Below, one piece after another: positions 52,081-64,000 of a stretch of 64,000 bases of DNA. The stretch is taken from assembly GCF_035084215.1 (NCBI RefSeq), contig NC_090340.1, positions 5,332,001 to 5,396,000 of the forward strand, given 5' to 3'. The notes beneath the pieces are model-generated. The model did not search any database. It worked only from the letters and a program-made list of their open reading frames with translations, and had not been told where the DNA came from. This stretch comes from Heptranchias perlo (Eukaryota). The translations under genes were made by a program, and so were the position numbers. Position 1 is the first letter of the stretch. Each line of letters starts with the position of its first letter.

Positions 52081-55000
52081 AACATAGGAACAGGAGTAGG
52101 TCATTCAGCCCCTCGAGCCTGCTCCGCCATTTGATAAGATCATGGCTGATCTGTGATCTAACTACATGTACCTGCCTTTGGCCCAATCCCTGAATTACTT
52201 TGGTTGGCAAAAAGCTATCTATCTCAGATTTAAAATGAACAATTGAGCTAGCATCAATTGCAGTTTGCGGAAGAGAGTTCCAAACTTCTACCACCCTTTG
52301 TGTGTACAAATGTTTTCTAATATCACTGCTGAAAGGTCTGGCTCTAATTTTTAGACTGTGCCCCCAACTCCGAGAATCCCCAATCAGCGGAAATAGTTTC
52401 TCTCTATCCAAGATGACTTTCCAAAGGTGCGGTGCCCAGAACTGCTCACAGTACTCCAGGTGCGGTCTCAACCGGTTTTTGTATAGCTGCAGCATAACTT
52501 CAGCCCCCTTGTACTCTAGCCCTCTAGGTATAAAGACCAGCATTTCATTAAGCTTATTGAATATTTTCTTCAATGATCTATGTACCTGAACCCTTAAGTC
52601 CCTTGGGACATCCATTGTTTTTAACCTTTTACCATTTAGATAGTACCCTGTTCTATCCTTTATTGGTCCGAAGTGGATGAACTCACATTTCCCTACATTG
52701 AATTCCATTTGCCACAATTTTGCCCGTTCACCTAATCTATCAATATCCCTTTGTAATTTTATGTTTTCATCTACACAGCTTACAATGCCACCAATCTTTG
52801 TGTCATCGGCAAACTTAGATATGAGACTTTCTATGCCTTCATCTAAGTCGTTAATAAATATTGTGAATAATTGAGGTCCCAAGACAGATCCCTGCGGGGC
52901 TCCATTAGTCACATCCTGCCAATATGAGTAACTACACATTATCCCTACTCTCTGTTGCCTTTCGCTCAGCCAACTTCCTAACCAAGTCCATACTTTCCCC
53001 TCGATTCCATGGGCTTCAATCCGAGGTAACAACCTCTTAAGTAGGACTTTATCAAATGCCTTCTGGAAGTCCATACAAATAATATCCATTGACATTTTCC
53101 TGTCCGCTAATTTAGTCACCTCTTCAAAAAATTCAAACAGGTTTGACAGGCACGACCTCCCTTTCACAAATCCATGCTAGCTTTCTCTGATTAACTATCC
53201 TTAATTATAACTATCCTTAATCACCCTATCCTTAATTATAGACTCCAGCATTTTCCCCACAACAGATGTTAGGCTAACTGGTCTACAATTCCCTGGTTTC
53301 CCTCTCTCTCCTTTCTTAAAAAGTGGAGTGACATGTGCAATTTTCCAATCTAGAGGGAGAAGGATAGGTCTGGCCCAAAAGTTAAAATTCTAAATTGGGG
53401 AAAGGCCAATTTTGATGGTATTAGACAGGAACTTTCAGAAGTTGATTGGGAGAGTCTGTTGGCAGGCAAAGGGACGTCTGGTAAGTGGGAGTCCTTCAAA
53501 AATGTGTTAACCGGGGTTCAGGGTAAGCACATTCCTTATAAAGTAAAGGGCAAGGCTGGTAGAAGTAGGGAACCTTGGATGACTCGGGAGATTGAGGCCC
53601 TAGTCAGAAAGAAGAAGGAGGCATATGACATGCATAGTCAGCTTGGATCAAGTGGATCCCTTGAAGAGTATAGAGATTGCCGGAGTAGAGTTAAGAGAGA
53701 AATCAGGAGGGCAAAAAGGGGACATGAGATTGCTTTGGCAGATAAGGCAAAGGTGAATCCAAAGAGCTTCTACAAATACATCAAGGGCAAAAGAGTAACT
53801 AGGGAGAAATTAGGGCCTCTGAAGGATCAACAAGGTCATCTATGTGCGGAACCACAAGAGATGGGTGAGATCCTAAATGAATATTTCGCATCGGTATTTA
53901 CGGTTGAGAAAGGCATGGATGTTAGGGAACTTGGGGAAATAAATAGTGATGTCTTGAGGAGTGTATATATTACAGAGAGGGAGGTGCTGGAAGTCTTAAA
54001 GCGCATCAACGTAGATAAATCTCCGGGACCTGATGAAATGTATCCCAGGACGTTATGGGAGGTTAGGGAGGATTTCCGGCAAGCTATCCTCTTTTTCTCT
54101 AAATACTGACGCAAAGTAATTATTCAATATGTCCGCCATTTCCCCATTGTCAATGACAATATCCTCACTTCCAGTTTTTAAGGGGCCAACACTGCTCCAA
54201 ACCACCCTCATTTTCCTAATATAACTATAAATGTTCTTGGCATTGCGTTTGCTATACCTTGCGATTTTATTTTCATACTCTCTTTTTGGAGATCTTACTA
54301 TCTGTTTTGTGACCCTTTGTTGATCTTTGTATCTTTCCCATTCGCCAGGATCTGTGGCATTTTTTCCCTTTTTGTGTGCCCTTTCCTTTTGTCTTATACT
54401 GCCCCTTACCTCTTTAGTTGCCCTGGCTGTTTTTCTTTGCAAGTTGAGTTCTTTCCCCTCAGGGGTATAAACCGGTTCGGTATCACGTTGAATGTTTAAT
54501 TAATCATTTCCCACTGACCATCGGTCGTTTTACCCATTAACAGATTTGCTCAGTTTACTGTGAACAGTCTCTGTCTCTGTCTCATCCCAGTGAAGTCGAT
54601 CTTACCCAAGTCTAGAATCTTAGCAAATGTTTCATATTTTTCCCATTCAAACACTACCATGAACTCGATCATTTTATGACACGCTATTGGCTCGATGTTC
54701 ACGCGCAGTTAAGCTGTGAACTGAATTGGGTTGATTAATGATTACTAAATCTCGGATGGCTTGCCCCCTTGTTCCCCTAGGAAATAATGCTGTCAAAAAC
54801 TATCCCGGAGACACTCAATAAATTCACTACCTTTCTGACAGTTGCTACTTTGCTTTTCCCAATCTATGTGAAGGTTAAAGTCTCCCATTAAGACCACTAT
54901 GCCTTTCTTACATGCTTGTCTAATCTCTGCACTGAAACAATCTAGCACATCAGAGCTGCTGCCAGTGGGTCCTATACGCAACACCCACTATAGTCTTAGG

Positions 55001-56436
55001 TCCTTTCTTATTTCTCAATTCAACCCATAAGGTCTCTGTTGTATACTTACCTCTCGTTATATCCTCCTTTATCATTGAAGTGATTTCATCTCTAATCACT
55101 AAGGCTACTCCTCCCCCTCTTCCATTTTCCCTATCTCCCCTGTAGACCTGATAGCCTGGTATATTTAGTTCCCTATCCTGACCATCCTGCAGCCATTTTT
55201 CAGTAATAGCTATCATGTCATACCCTCCACTTTGAATTTGTGCCTGTATTTCATTTAATTTATTCCTTCTACTCCGTACATTTGTATATAGAACTCTTAG
55301 TTGGGCCACGCACCCTAGCCTGTCCTTCAGTTTTGATGCTGGGTGAATCGCTTTACACCTTCTAGTTTTCACTTTATCTGTAGTGCCTAAAATACACTCT
55401 CTTTCTGCTGTTCTACGCTTTTCCCTTTCATTGTTCTTGAACAATAATTAGTACTATTTGTATTACAAATTTCGCCTCGGTCCTCCCCTCTCTTGCTGCT
55501 TTCAGCTTTACTCTCTTCTGAGTCCCCGCCCAGGTTCCCTTCCCCGTGTCACTCTAGTTTAAACCCTCCCCAAAAGCAGTAGCAACCCCCACTGCGAGGA
55601 TAATAGTCCCGTATCTGTTGAGGTGCAACCTGTCCGGCTTGTACAGATCCCGCCTTCCCCAGAATCGGTCCCAATTCCTCAGTAATCTAAATTCCTCCCT
55701 CCTGCACCAACCCTCCAGACACGCATTCATCTGGTCTATTCTGCTATCCTTATACTCACTAGCACGTGACATTGGGAGTAATCCTGAGATTATTACCCTT
55801 GAGGTCCTGCTTTTTAACTTATTTCCTAACTCTTAATATTATGCTTGCAGGACCTCATCCACCTTTTTACCTATGTCGCTGCTACGATATGTACCACGAC
55901 CTCCAGCTGTTCTCCCTCCCCCTTCAGAATGTCCTGCTGCAGCTTATTCACATCTTTTACCCTGGCACCAAGGAGGCAATATACCATCCCGGAATCACGT
56001 TTGCGGCCGCAGAAACGCCTGTATCCTCCCCTAACTATTGAATCCCCTATCACAATTGCTCTCTCGACCTTTCTCCTCCCTCCCGTACAGCTGAGCCATT
56101 CATGGTGCTCTTGTCTTGGCTCTGGCTGCACTCGCCCGAGGACCCTCTCCCCGTCCAGTACTCAGAACTGAATACTGATTGGACAGTGAGATGTTCTCAA
56201 GGGACTCGTGCACTACCTGCCTGGTCCCCCTTGTCTGTCTGGCGATAACTCAATCCCTCTCTTGCTGCACTCTCTTAAGCGGCAAGGTGACCACCTGCTG
56301 AAACGTGCTATCCACGAAACTCTCAGCCTCAAGTATGCACTGCAGTGACACCAGCTGCCTCTGAAGTTCCGAAACCCCGAGCTCTAGCTCCGCCAGCTGA
56401 CGACACTTCCTGCACATATGGTTGTCCAGGACACAG
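52081..56436 (-). mobile_element. Near full-length CR1 LINE nested in another CR1
   Basis: ORF1 AIVIGDSIVRG and DRLHLN (55554-56131); endonuclease 54793-55444; RT 52046-53167. Confidence 0.9.
53358..54075 (+). mobile_element. Well-preserved CR1 ORF2 linker fragment of a different subfamily
   Basis: Open 216-aa frame with REPWMTREI, NPKSFYKYI and DKSPGPDEMYPR. Confidence 0.85.
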
Positions 56437-59400
56437 GAGAGACAGGTAGAACTAGAATAAGAAATAGTAATGTATTAGGTGGGATCAGACTAACAGATAA
56501 TTCGAGAAGGTCTAAGATAGGTTTAGGGAACATGTGTGTAAACGCACGAAGCGTGGTATAAAAGGTTGGTGAGCTGCAGTCACATGGGAACATTTTGTAG
56601 TGGCGATAGCAGAGACCAGTCTCAAAAAAGGGCACGATTTGGTGCTAAATGTTCCTTGACACAAGGTGTTCAGGAAATATAGGGAAGATAGGACGGTTGG
56701 TGATGTGTGGCAGTATTGATTAAGGAGAATATTGCAATGCTGAAGAGAGAGGATGTCCTTGCGGAATCAAGGACAGAATCTCTTTGGTTAAGGTTAAGAA
56801 ACAACAGAGGTGCCATTGCAATATTAGATGTATTCTATAGGCCACCAACTCGTGGGAAGGATGTAGACGAGTAAATTCGCAGTGAAATTTCAGGGAGGTA
56901 CACTAACTATATAATAGTGATAATGGGGGCTTCAAGTATCCTAATATCGACTGGGATAGTAACACTTTAAAGGGCAAAGAGAGGGAGGAATTTCTGAAGT
57001 GTGTTCAGGGGAACTTTCTTGATCCGTATGTTTCTGGCTCAAAAAGTAAGGAGGCGAGGCGTTGATCGATTTGGTTCTTGGGAATGAGGTGGGTCAAGTG
57101 AAGCAAGTATCAGTGGGGAGCATTTAGTAAACAGTGATCATCGTACCTTAAGGTTTAGATTAGTTATGGAAATGGAACAAGGAGCAATCAAGAGGAGAGA
57201 CAATATCAGTGGGTTGAGAACGGATCTGGCTCGGGTAAATTGGGATGAATGATTGGCAGGCAAAACTGAAATCGAACAGTGGGCGGTCTTTAAAGAGGAG
57301 ATGGTTCGGGTGCCGTCTAGGTACATTCCCACAAGGGGAAATGTGGGGTAACCAAAGCCAGAGCTCTCTGAATGAAAAAAAGAGATAGAGAGTAAAATGT
57401 AGCAGGGAAAGGAGGCGTATGACAGATGTCAGGTTGAAAATACAAGTGAGAACCAGGCTGAATATACAAAATACAGAGGAGAAGTGAAAAGGGAAATAAG
57501 AAGGGCACAGAGAGAGTATGAGAATTAATTGGGGGCTAATAGACGGGAAACACAATTCTTCTATCGGCACATAAATAGTTAACGGGTAATAAGAGGAGGG
57601 TTGGGGCCACTTCTGGACCAAAAAGGAGATTTACATATGGCGACAGAGGGCACAGCTGAGGTACTAAATGAATACTTTGAATCTGTCCTTACCAAGGAAG
57701 ACGATGCTGCCAAAGTCGCAGTAAAAAAGGAGCGAGTTGAGATACTAGGTGGGCTAAAAATTGTTAACGAGAAGGGAATAGAAAGGCTTGCTGTACTTAA
57801 AGTAGATAAGTCACCCCGTCCGGATGGGGCGCATCTTAGGTTGCTGAGAGAAGTAAGGGTGGAAATTGTCTAGGTGCTGGCCATTATCTTCCAATCCTCT
57901 TCAGATACGAGGGTGGTGTCAGAGGACTGGTGAATTGCAAATGTTACACCCTTGTTCAAAAAAGGGTGTAACGTTAAACTCAGCAACTATAGGCCAGTCA
58001 GTTTAACCTTGATGGTGGGGGAGCTTTTAGAAACGATAATCCATGACAAAATAAATAGCCACTTGGACAAGTGTGGATTAATAAATCAACGTAAGCACGG
58101 AATTGTGAAACACAAATTGTGTTTCACGAATTTGATTGAGTTTTTTGATGAGGTCACAGAGAGGATTGACGAGGGCAACGCGGTTGATGTGTATATAGAC
58201 TTTGATCAAGCGCCACATAATCGGCTTGTCAGCAAAATTGAAGCCCATGAAATAAAAGGGCCAGTGGAAGCATGGATACGAAATCAGTTAAGTGACAGGA
58301 AACAGGGAATATTGGTGACCGGTTGTTTGTCGGACTGGAGGAAGGTATACAATGGTGTTCTCCAGGGGTCGGGACTAGGACCTTTGCTTTTTGATATACA
58401 TTAATGACATGGGCTTGGGTCTACGGGGCACAATTTCAAAATTTGCTGATGAAACAAAACTGGTAAGTGTAGCAAACCGTGAGAAGGATAGTAATAGACT
58501 TCAAGAAGGCATAGTCAGCGATATGGAAAGGTGGACACATGAGAGATTAAATTTAACGCAGAGAAGTGCGAAATAATACATTTCGGCAGGAAGAACGAGG
58601 AGAGGCAATATAAACTAAATGGTACAAATCTTAGGAAGGTGCAGGAACAGATAGACCTGTGGGTATATGTGCTCAAATTTGAAGGTGACTGTATAGATTG
58701 AGAAAGCGTTTAAAATGTATACGGGATCCTGGGTTTTATTAATAGAGGCATAGAGTAAAAATGCAAGGATGTAGTGATAACCTTATGTAAAACAATGGTT
58801 CAGCCACAACTGGAGTATTGTTCCCAATTCTGGGCACCACACTTTAGGAAGGATGAGAAGGCCTTAAGGAAGGTGCAGAAAAGATTTACTAGAATGGTCC
58901 CAGGGATGAAGGACTTCCGTTTTGTGGATGGACTGGAGCAGTTGAGTGTGTTCTCCTTAGAGCAGAAAAGGTTGAGAGGAGGTTTGATAGAGGTGTTCAA
59001 AATCATGTAGGGTTTAGATAAAGTAAATAAAGAGAAACTGTTCCCATTGGTGGAAGGGTAGAGAAGCAGAGGAAACAGATTTAAAGTGATTGGCAAAAGA
59101 ATCAAAGGCGATGTGAGGAATTGCCGTTTTGATCTGGAATTCGCTGCCTGAGAGGGTGGTGAAAGCAAATTCAAACGTGGCTTTCAAAAATGAATTGGAT
59201 AGATACTTGAAGGGAAAAAAATGCAGGGCTAGGTGAATGAGTGTGAGAATCGGACTAACTGGATTACTCTTAAAAACAGCCGGCGCATGCTCGATGGGCC
59301 AAATGGCCTCCCACTGCGCTGTAGCGATTCTATGACACTGAACTGTTGCCATCAATCCAATGTATAAAAATACACATAATAGGTAGAATAGAGAACGCCA

Positions 59401-59639
59401 TATCGTGGTTGACAGCCATAGTGTTATATGTGGTTAATGGACAGATAATAGTCTCTGCAATACAAACGGTATTTTCAGGTTGACACTGAAGTGTGTGAAG
59501 ATACAGTAAAGGACATTTTATTACGACCTGGCGCCAGAATGTCTGTATTTAGATTGGGTGTATGTGAGAATAATACAATTCTGTTTAATATATATTACAA
59601 TAGATCTAGAAGTGAAGGCCATGAGGATGAAATGCAGTC

Positions 59640-62600
59640 AGCCATGGAATGTGGGCTTGGCTGACAATGCCAGCATTGGTTGACCATCCCTAATTGCTCT
59701 TGAGAAGGTGGTGGTGAGCCGTCTTCTTGAACCGCTGCAGTCAGTGCGGTGAAGGCACTCCCACAGTGCTGTTCAGTAGGGAGTTCCAGGATTTTGACAC
59801 TGTGACGATGAAGGAACGGCAATATCTTTCCAACTCGGGATGGTGTGTGACGTGGAGGGAAACGTGCGGGTGGTGTTGTTCCCATGTGCCTGCTGCCCTT
59901 GTCCTGCTAGGTGGTAGATTTCGCGGGTTTGGGAGGTGCTGTCGAAGAAGTTTTGGCGAGTTGCTGCAGTGCATCCTGTGGATGGTACACACTGCAGCCT
60001 CTGTGCGCCGACGCTGAAGAGAGTGAATATTTAGGGTGCTGGATAGGGTGCCAATCAAGCGGGCTGCTTTGTCTTGAATGCTGTCGAGCTTCTTGAGTGT
60101 TGTTGGAGCTGCAGTCATCCAGGCAAGTGGAGGGTCTTACATCACATTCCTAACTTGTGCCTTGTAGAAACTGGGAAGGCTTTGGTCAGTCAGGAGTTGA
60201 GTCAATCCCCGCTGAATACCGAGCCTCTGACCTGCTCTTGCAGCCACAGTATTTATGTGGTTGGTTGAGTTAAGTTACTAGTCAATGATGACGCCTAGGA
60301 TGTTGCGGCATTCGGCGATGGTAATGCCGTTGAATGACAAGGGGAGATGGTTAGATTCTCTCTTGTTAGAGATGGTCATTGCCTGGCACTTGTCTGGCGC
60401 GAATTTTACTTGCCACTTATCAGCCCAAGCCTGGATTTTGCCCAAGTCTTGCTGCATGCGGGCATGGACTGCTTCGATATCTGAGGGGTTGCGAATGGAA
60501 CTGAACACTGTGCAATTATCAGCGAACATTTCTATTTCTGACCTTATGATGGATGGAAGGTCATTGATGAAGCAGCTGAGGATGGTTGGGCCATTGACTC
60601 TGCCCTGAGGATCTCCTGCAGCAATGTCCTGGCGGTGAAATGATCGGCCTCCAACAACCACCATCTTTGTGCTAGGTACAACTCCAGCCACTGGAGAGCT
60701 TTCCCTCTGATTCCAATTGACTTCAATTTTACTAGGGCTCCTTGTTGCCGCACTCGGTGAAATGCTGCTTGATGTCAAGGGCAGTCACTCAAACCTCACC
60801 TCTGGAATTCGGCTCTATTTCCATGTTTGGACCAAAGCTTTAATGAGGTCTGGAGTCGAGTGGCCCTGGCGGAACCCAAACTGATCATCGGTGAGTAGGC
60901 TATTGGTGAGTAAGTGCCGCTTGATAGCACTGTCGACGAAAACTTCCATCACTTTACAGATGACTGAAATTAGACTGATTTTATTGCAATTAGCCGGATT
61001 GGATTTGTCCTGCTTTTTGTGGACAGGACATTCCTCGGCAATTTTCCACATTGTCGGGTAGATGCCAGTGTTGTAGCTGTACTGGAACGGTTTGGCTAGA
61101 GGTGCGGCTAATTCTGGAGCACAAGTCTTCAGCACTCCAGCCGAGATGTTGTCGGGGCCCATAGCCTGTTGTAGCCTGTGCACTCAGTCGTTTCTTGATA
61201 TCACGTAGAGTGAATCGAATTGGCTGAAGACTGGCTTCTGTGATGTTGGGAATATCGGGAGGAGACCGAGATAGATCATCTACTCGGCACTTCTGGCTGA
61301 AGATGGTTGCAAACGCTTCAGCCTTGTCTTTTGCACTCACGTGCTGTACTCTGCCATCATTGAGGATGGGTCTCTTCATAAAGCCTCCTCCTCCCGTTAG
61401 TTGTTTAATTGTCCAGCACCATTTATGACTGGATGTGGCAGGACTGCAGAGTTTTGATCTCATCCGTTGGTTGTGGAATCGCTTAGCTCTCTCTATGGCA
61501 TGTTGCTTCCGCTTTTAGCATGCATTTACTCCTATGTTGTAGCTTCATCAGGTTGGCACCTCATTTTTACGTACGCCTGGTGCTGCTCCTGGCATGCTCT
61601 TCTACACTCCTCATTGAACCAAGGTTGATCCCCAGGCTTGTTGGTAATGGTAGAGTGAGGATTATGCCGGGCCATGAGTTTACAGATTGTGCTGGAATAA
61701 AAATCTGCTGCTGATGGTCCAAAGAACCTCATGGATACCCAGTTTTGAGCTGCTAGATCTGTTCTTAATCCATCCCATTTAGCACGGTGGCAGTGCCACA
61801 CAATACATTGGATTGTGTCTTCAGTGTGAAGACGGGCCTTCTTCTCCACAAGGACTGTGTGGTGAGCACTCTTGCCAATACTGTCATGGACAGATGCATC
61901 TGCGAGAGGTAAATTGGTGAGGACGAGGTCAAGTAGGGTTTCCCTCGTGTTGGTTCGCTCACCACCTGCCGCAGGCCCAGTCTGGCAATTATTTCCTTCA
62001 GGGCTCGGCCAGCTCAGTCAGTAATGGCGCTAACGAGCCACTCTTGGTGATGGACATTAAAGTCCCCCAGCCAGAGGACATTCTGTGTCCTTGCTACCCT
62101 CAGTGCTTCCTCCAAGTGGTGCTCATCATAGAGGAGGACTGATTCATCATCTGAGGGAGGGCGGTAGGCCGTTATCAGCAGAATGTTCCTTCGCCCATTT
62201 TTGACCTGATGCCTTGAGATTTCATGGGGTCTGGAGTCAATTTTGTGAAAACCCAGGGCCACTCCCTCCTTACTGTATATCAGTGTACCACCACCTCTGG
62301 TGGTCTGTCCTGCCGGTGGGTCAGCACATACCCAGGGATGGTGATGGAAGAATCTGGGACGTTGGTTGAAATGTATGATTTTGTGAGTATGGCTATGTCA
62401 GGCTGTTGCTTGACTAGTCTGTGGGACAGATCTCCCAATTTTGGTACAGGTCCACAGATGTTTACGAGGAGGACTTTGCAGGGTCGACTGGGCTTGGTTT
62501 GTCTTTGTCGTGTCCGGTGCCTAGCGGTCCCATGCCAGGTGGACCGTCCGGTTTTATTCTTATTATGACTTTTCGTAGAGGGACTGTACAACTGATTGGC

Positions 62601-62920
62601 TTGCTAGGCCATGTCAGAGGGCGACTCAGATTATGAATCAACCACATTGCTGTGGGTCCAGAGTCACATAAATGCCATACCGGTTAAAAACTGCGGGTTT
62701 CCTTCCCTAAAGGACATTAGTGAACCAGATGGGTTTTTATGACAATCCGCTGGTTTCATGGCCACCATTTCTGATAATGATTATTTTGTATTAATTGAAT
62801 ATTATTAATTGAATTTAAATTCCCCAGCTGCCGTGGCGGGATTTGAACTCATGACTCGGGATTATTTAGTCCAGGCCTGCTGGATTACTATTCCAGTAAA
62901 ATAACCACTATGCTACCGTA
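59640..62920 (-). mobile_element. Full-length family-B LINE: tRNA-like head, short UTR, single EN-RT ORF, no ORF1
   Basis: Endonuclease KVLLVNICG, YRPPS, LGDFNVHH; RT WKIAEECPVHKK, FINDLP, MFADN; conserved tail at 59640-59740. Confidence 0.92.
62828..62920 (-). promoter_or_regulatory. tRNA-Thr(AGT)-like Pol III internal promoter at the LINE 5' end
   Basis: A box TAGCATAGTGG (62905-62915); stem-loop CTGGA-ATAGTAA-TCCAG; B box GAGTTCAAATCC (62839-62850). Confidence 0.8.
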
Positions 62921-63439
62921 TGCTTGGGAGGACACATATATAGAGGCTTCAGTCAGATCACTGAACTTCTAGAGTCTGCAATCCGGTAGATCAGTAGGTG
63001 CGCTGAGCCACAGCTCTGTATTAGGATTAGTCCTACGATGGGCATGGAACATTACCTCATGGTACCCTCGCAACTCCCTGAACACTTGTGTAGAAATCAA
63101 ATTAGATTAGGCTTTCTTCATCTGTCTATCTCAGGTCCAAGTTCCAGAAGTCGCTAATCAGGAGCATCTCATGAAGCCTTTAATGGGCCAATACAGCCTA
63201 CGTACAAGACCAGTCCATATAGACGGTAGTGCTAACACCGGGGCGAGAAAATGTGATATTTGTATCAGGCAGTATCACTTTCTGTAAGCTACCGGGCACA
63301 ATAAAACTACAATGCTGTTTGAAATATTCGCTTACAAGGTGTGTTCCTGAAGTAGCTGGTGATCTTGCAATGTTAGTTGAAAAGAACTTTGGCATTTGGG
63401 AAGATGCTGTTGATTATAGGTTGAAAGAACTCGGGTATG

Positions 63440-64000
63440 ATGCCGTTGTGGTTATGTTACTGCTTTAGCAATCTAGAGGCTTGGACTAGAAGTCCACAGA
63501 CCTGCATAAATATGAGGGAATAACCTACTTGCCCTCATCCTCACCAATCTAGATGTCAATTATGCATTTGTCCATGGCAGCGTCGGTAGGAGTGACCACG
63601 GCACAGTCTTTATCGAGACCAATTCCTGTCTTCACACTGAGGACACCCTCCTCGTGCTATGTAGCACTACCACCATGCTAAATGGGATATATTAATAACA
63701 GATCTATCCTCTCGAAGCTGGGCATTCGTGAGGCGCTGTGCCTATAATTGTACTCCACCACAATCAGCAAGCTCATAGTCCAACGTATCCCTCATCCCTG
63801 CATCACCACCAAGGCTGACGACCAACACTGGTTCAATGACAATAGTAAATGAGCATGCCAGGCGGAGCACCTGGCATACCTGAAAATGAGGTGCCCGTCT
63901 GGTAAAGCTACAACACAGAACTGCATGCATGCTAAACGTGGAAGCAGCATGCTTTGGATAGAGCGAAGCGATCCCATAACCAACGGATCAGACCAGTGCC
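63440..64000 (+). mobile_element. Older family-B LINE copy: partial tRNA-like head joined to the endonuclease C-terminus
   Basis: GTGGTTATGTTACTG...AGCAATCTAGAGGCTTGGACTA head, then GRSDHGTVFIET. Confidence 0.8.

Larger units (their letters stand above)
51075..59340 (+). mobile_element. CR1 LINE (ORF1 51075-52080; ORF2 56437-59340) split by a nested antisense CR1
   Basis: Colinear with the 37960-41810 copy once 52081-56436 is removed. Confidence 0.85.

Noticed and set aside
52046-53167. 373-aa host gene
   Set aside because: CR1 RT with an internal deletion and read-through into the 3' UTR.
62828-62920. Functional tRNA gene
   Set aside because: There is an extra duplicated arm between the anticodon and T loops and a poor acceptor stem, and it is contiguous with a repeat family. 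It is a retroposon head.
1-64000. Numerous 60-190 aa ORFs antisense to or overlapping LINE coding regions
   Set aside because: They are shadow frames of CR1 and family-B elements and recur in every copy.

Overview
Vertebrate genomic DNA, most likely a cartilaginous fish (inferred from elasmobranch-type CR1 LINE tails, a DeuSINE and Penelope-type repeats). More than half of it is transposon-derived. The one clear host gene is a non-rearranging leader-V(J)-C1-TM immunoglobulin-superfamily receptor on + (12250-15144, 265 aa). Its former cytoplasmic tail is still readable downstream but is cut off by stop codons, two of which sit exactly on the Tyr of ITIM- and ITSM-like motifs. There are three main leads. 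(1) A LINE family whose full-length copy (59640-62920, -) begins with a tRNA-Thr-like Pol III head, has no ORF1 and avoids TTTT on its sense strand, with internally deleted SINE derivatives in the same window. This suggests a Pol III-transcribed autonomous retrotransposon. (2) A decayed endogenous retrovirus (about 45300-51000, -) with tether, RNase H, a GPF-type integrase and a lokiretrovirus/paramyxovirus-F-like Env that carries an extra N-terminal Ig-like domain. (3) The disarmed inhibitory VJ-C1 receptor itself, plus possible remnants of a second IgSF receptor on the minus strand. All calls come from reading and translating by eye, and repeat boundaries are approximate.
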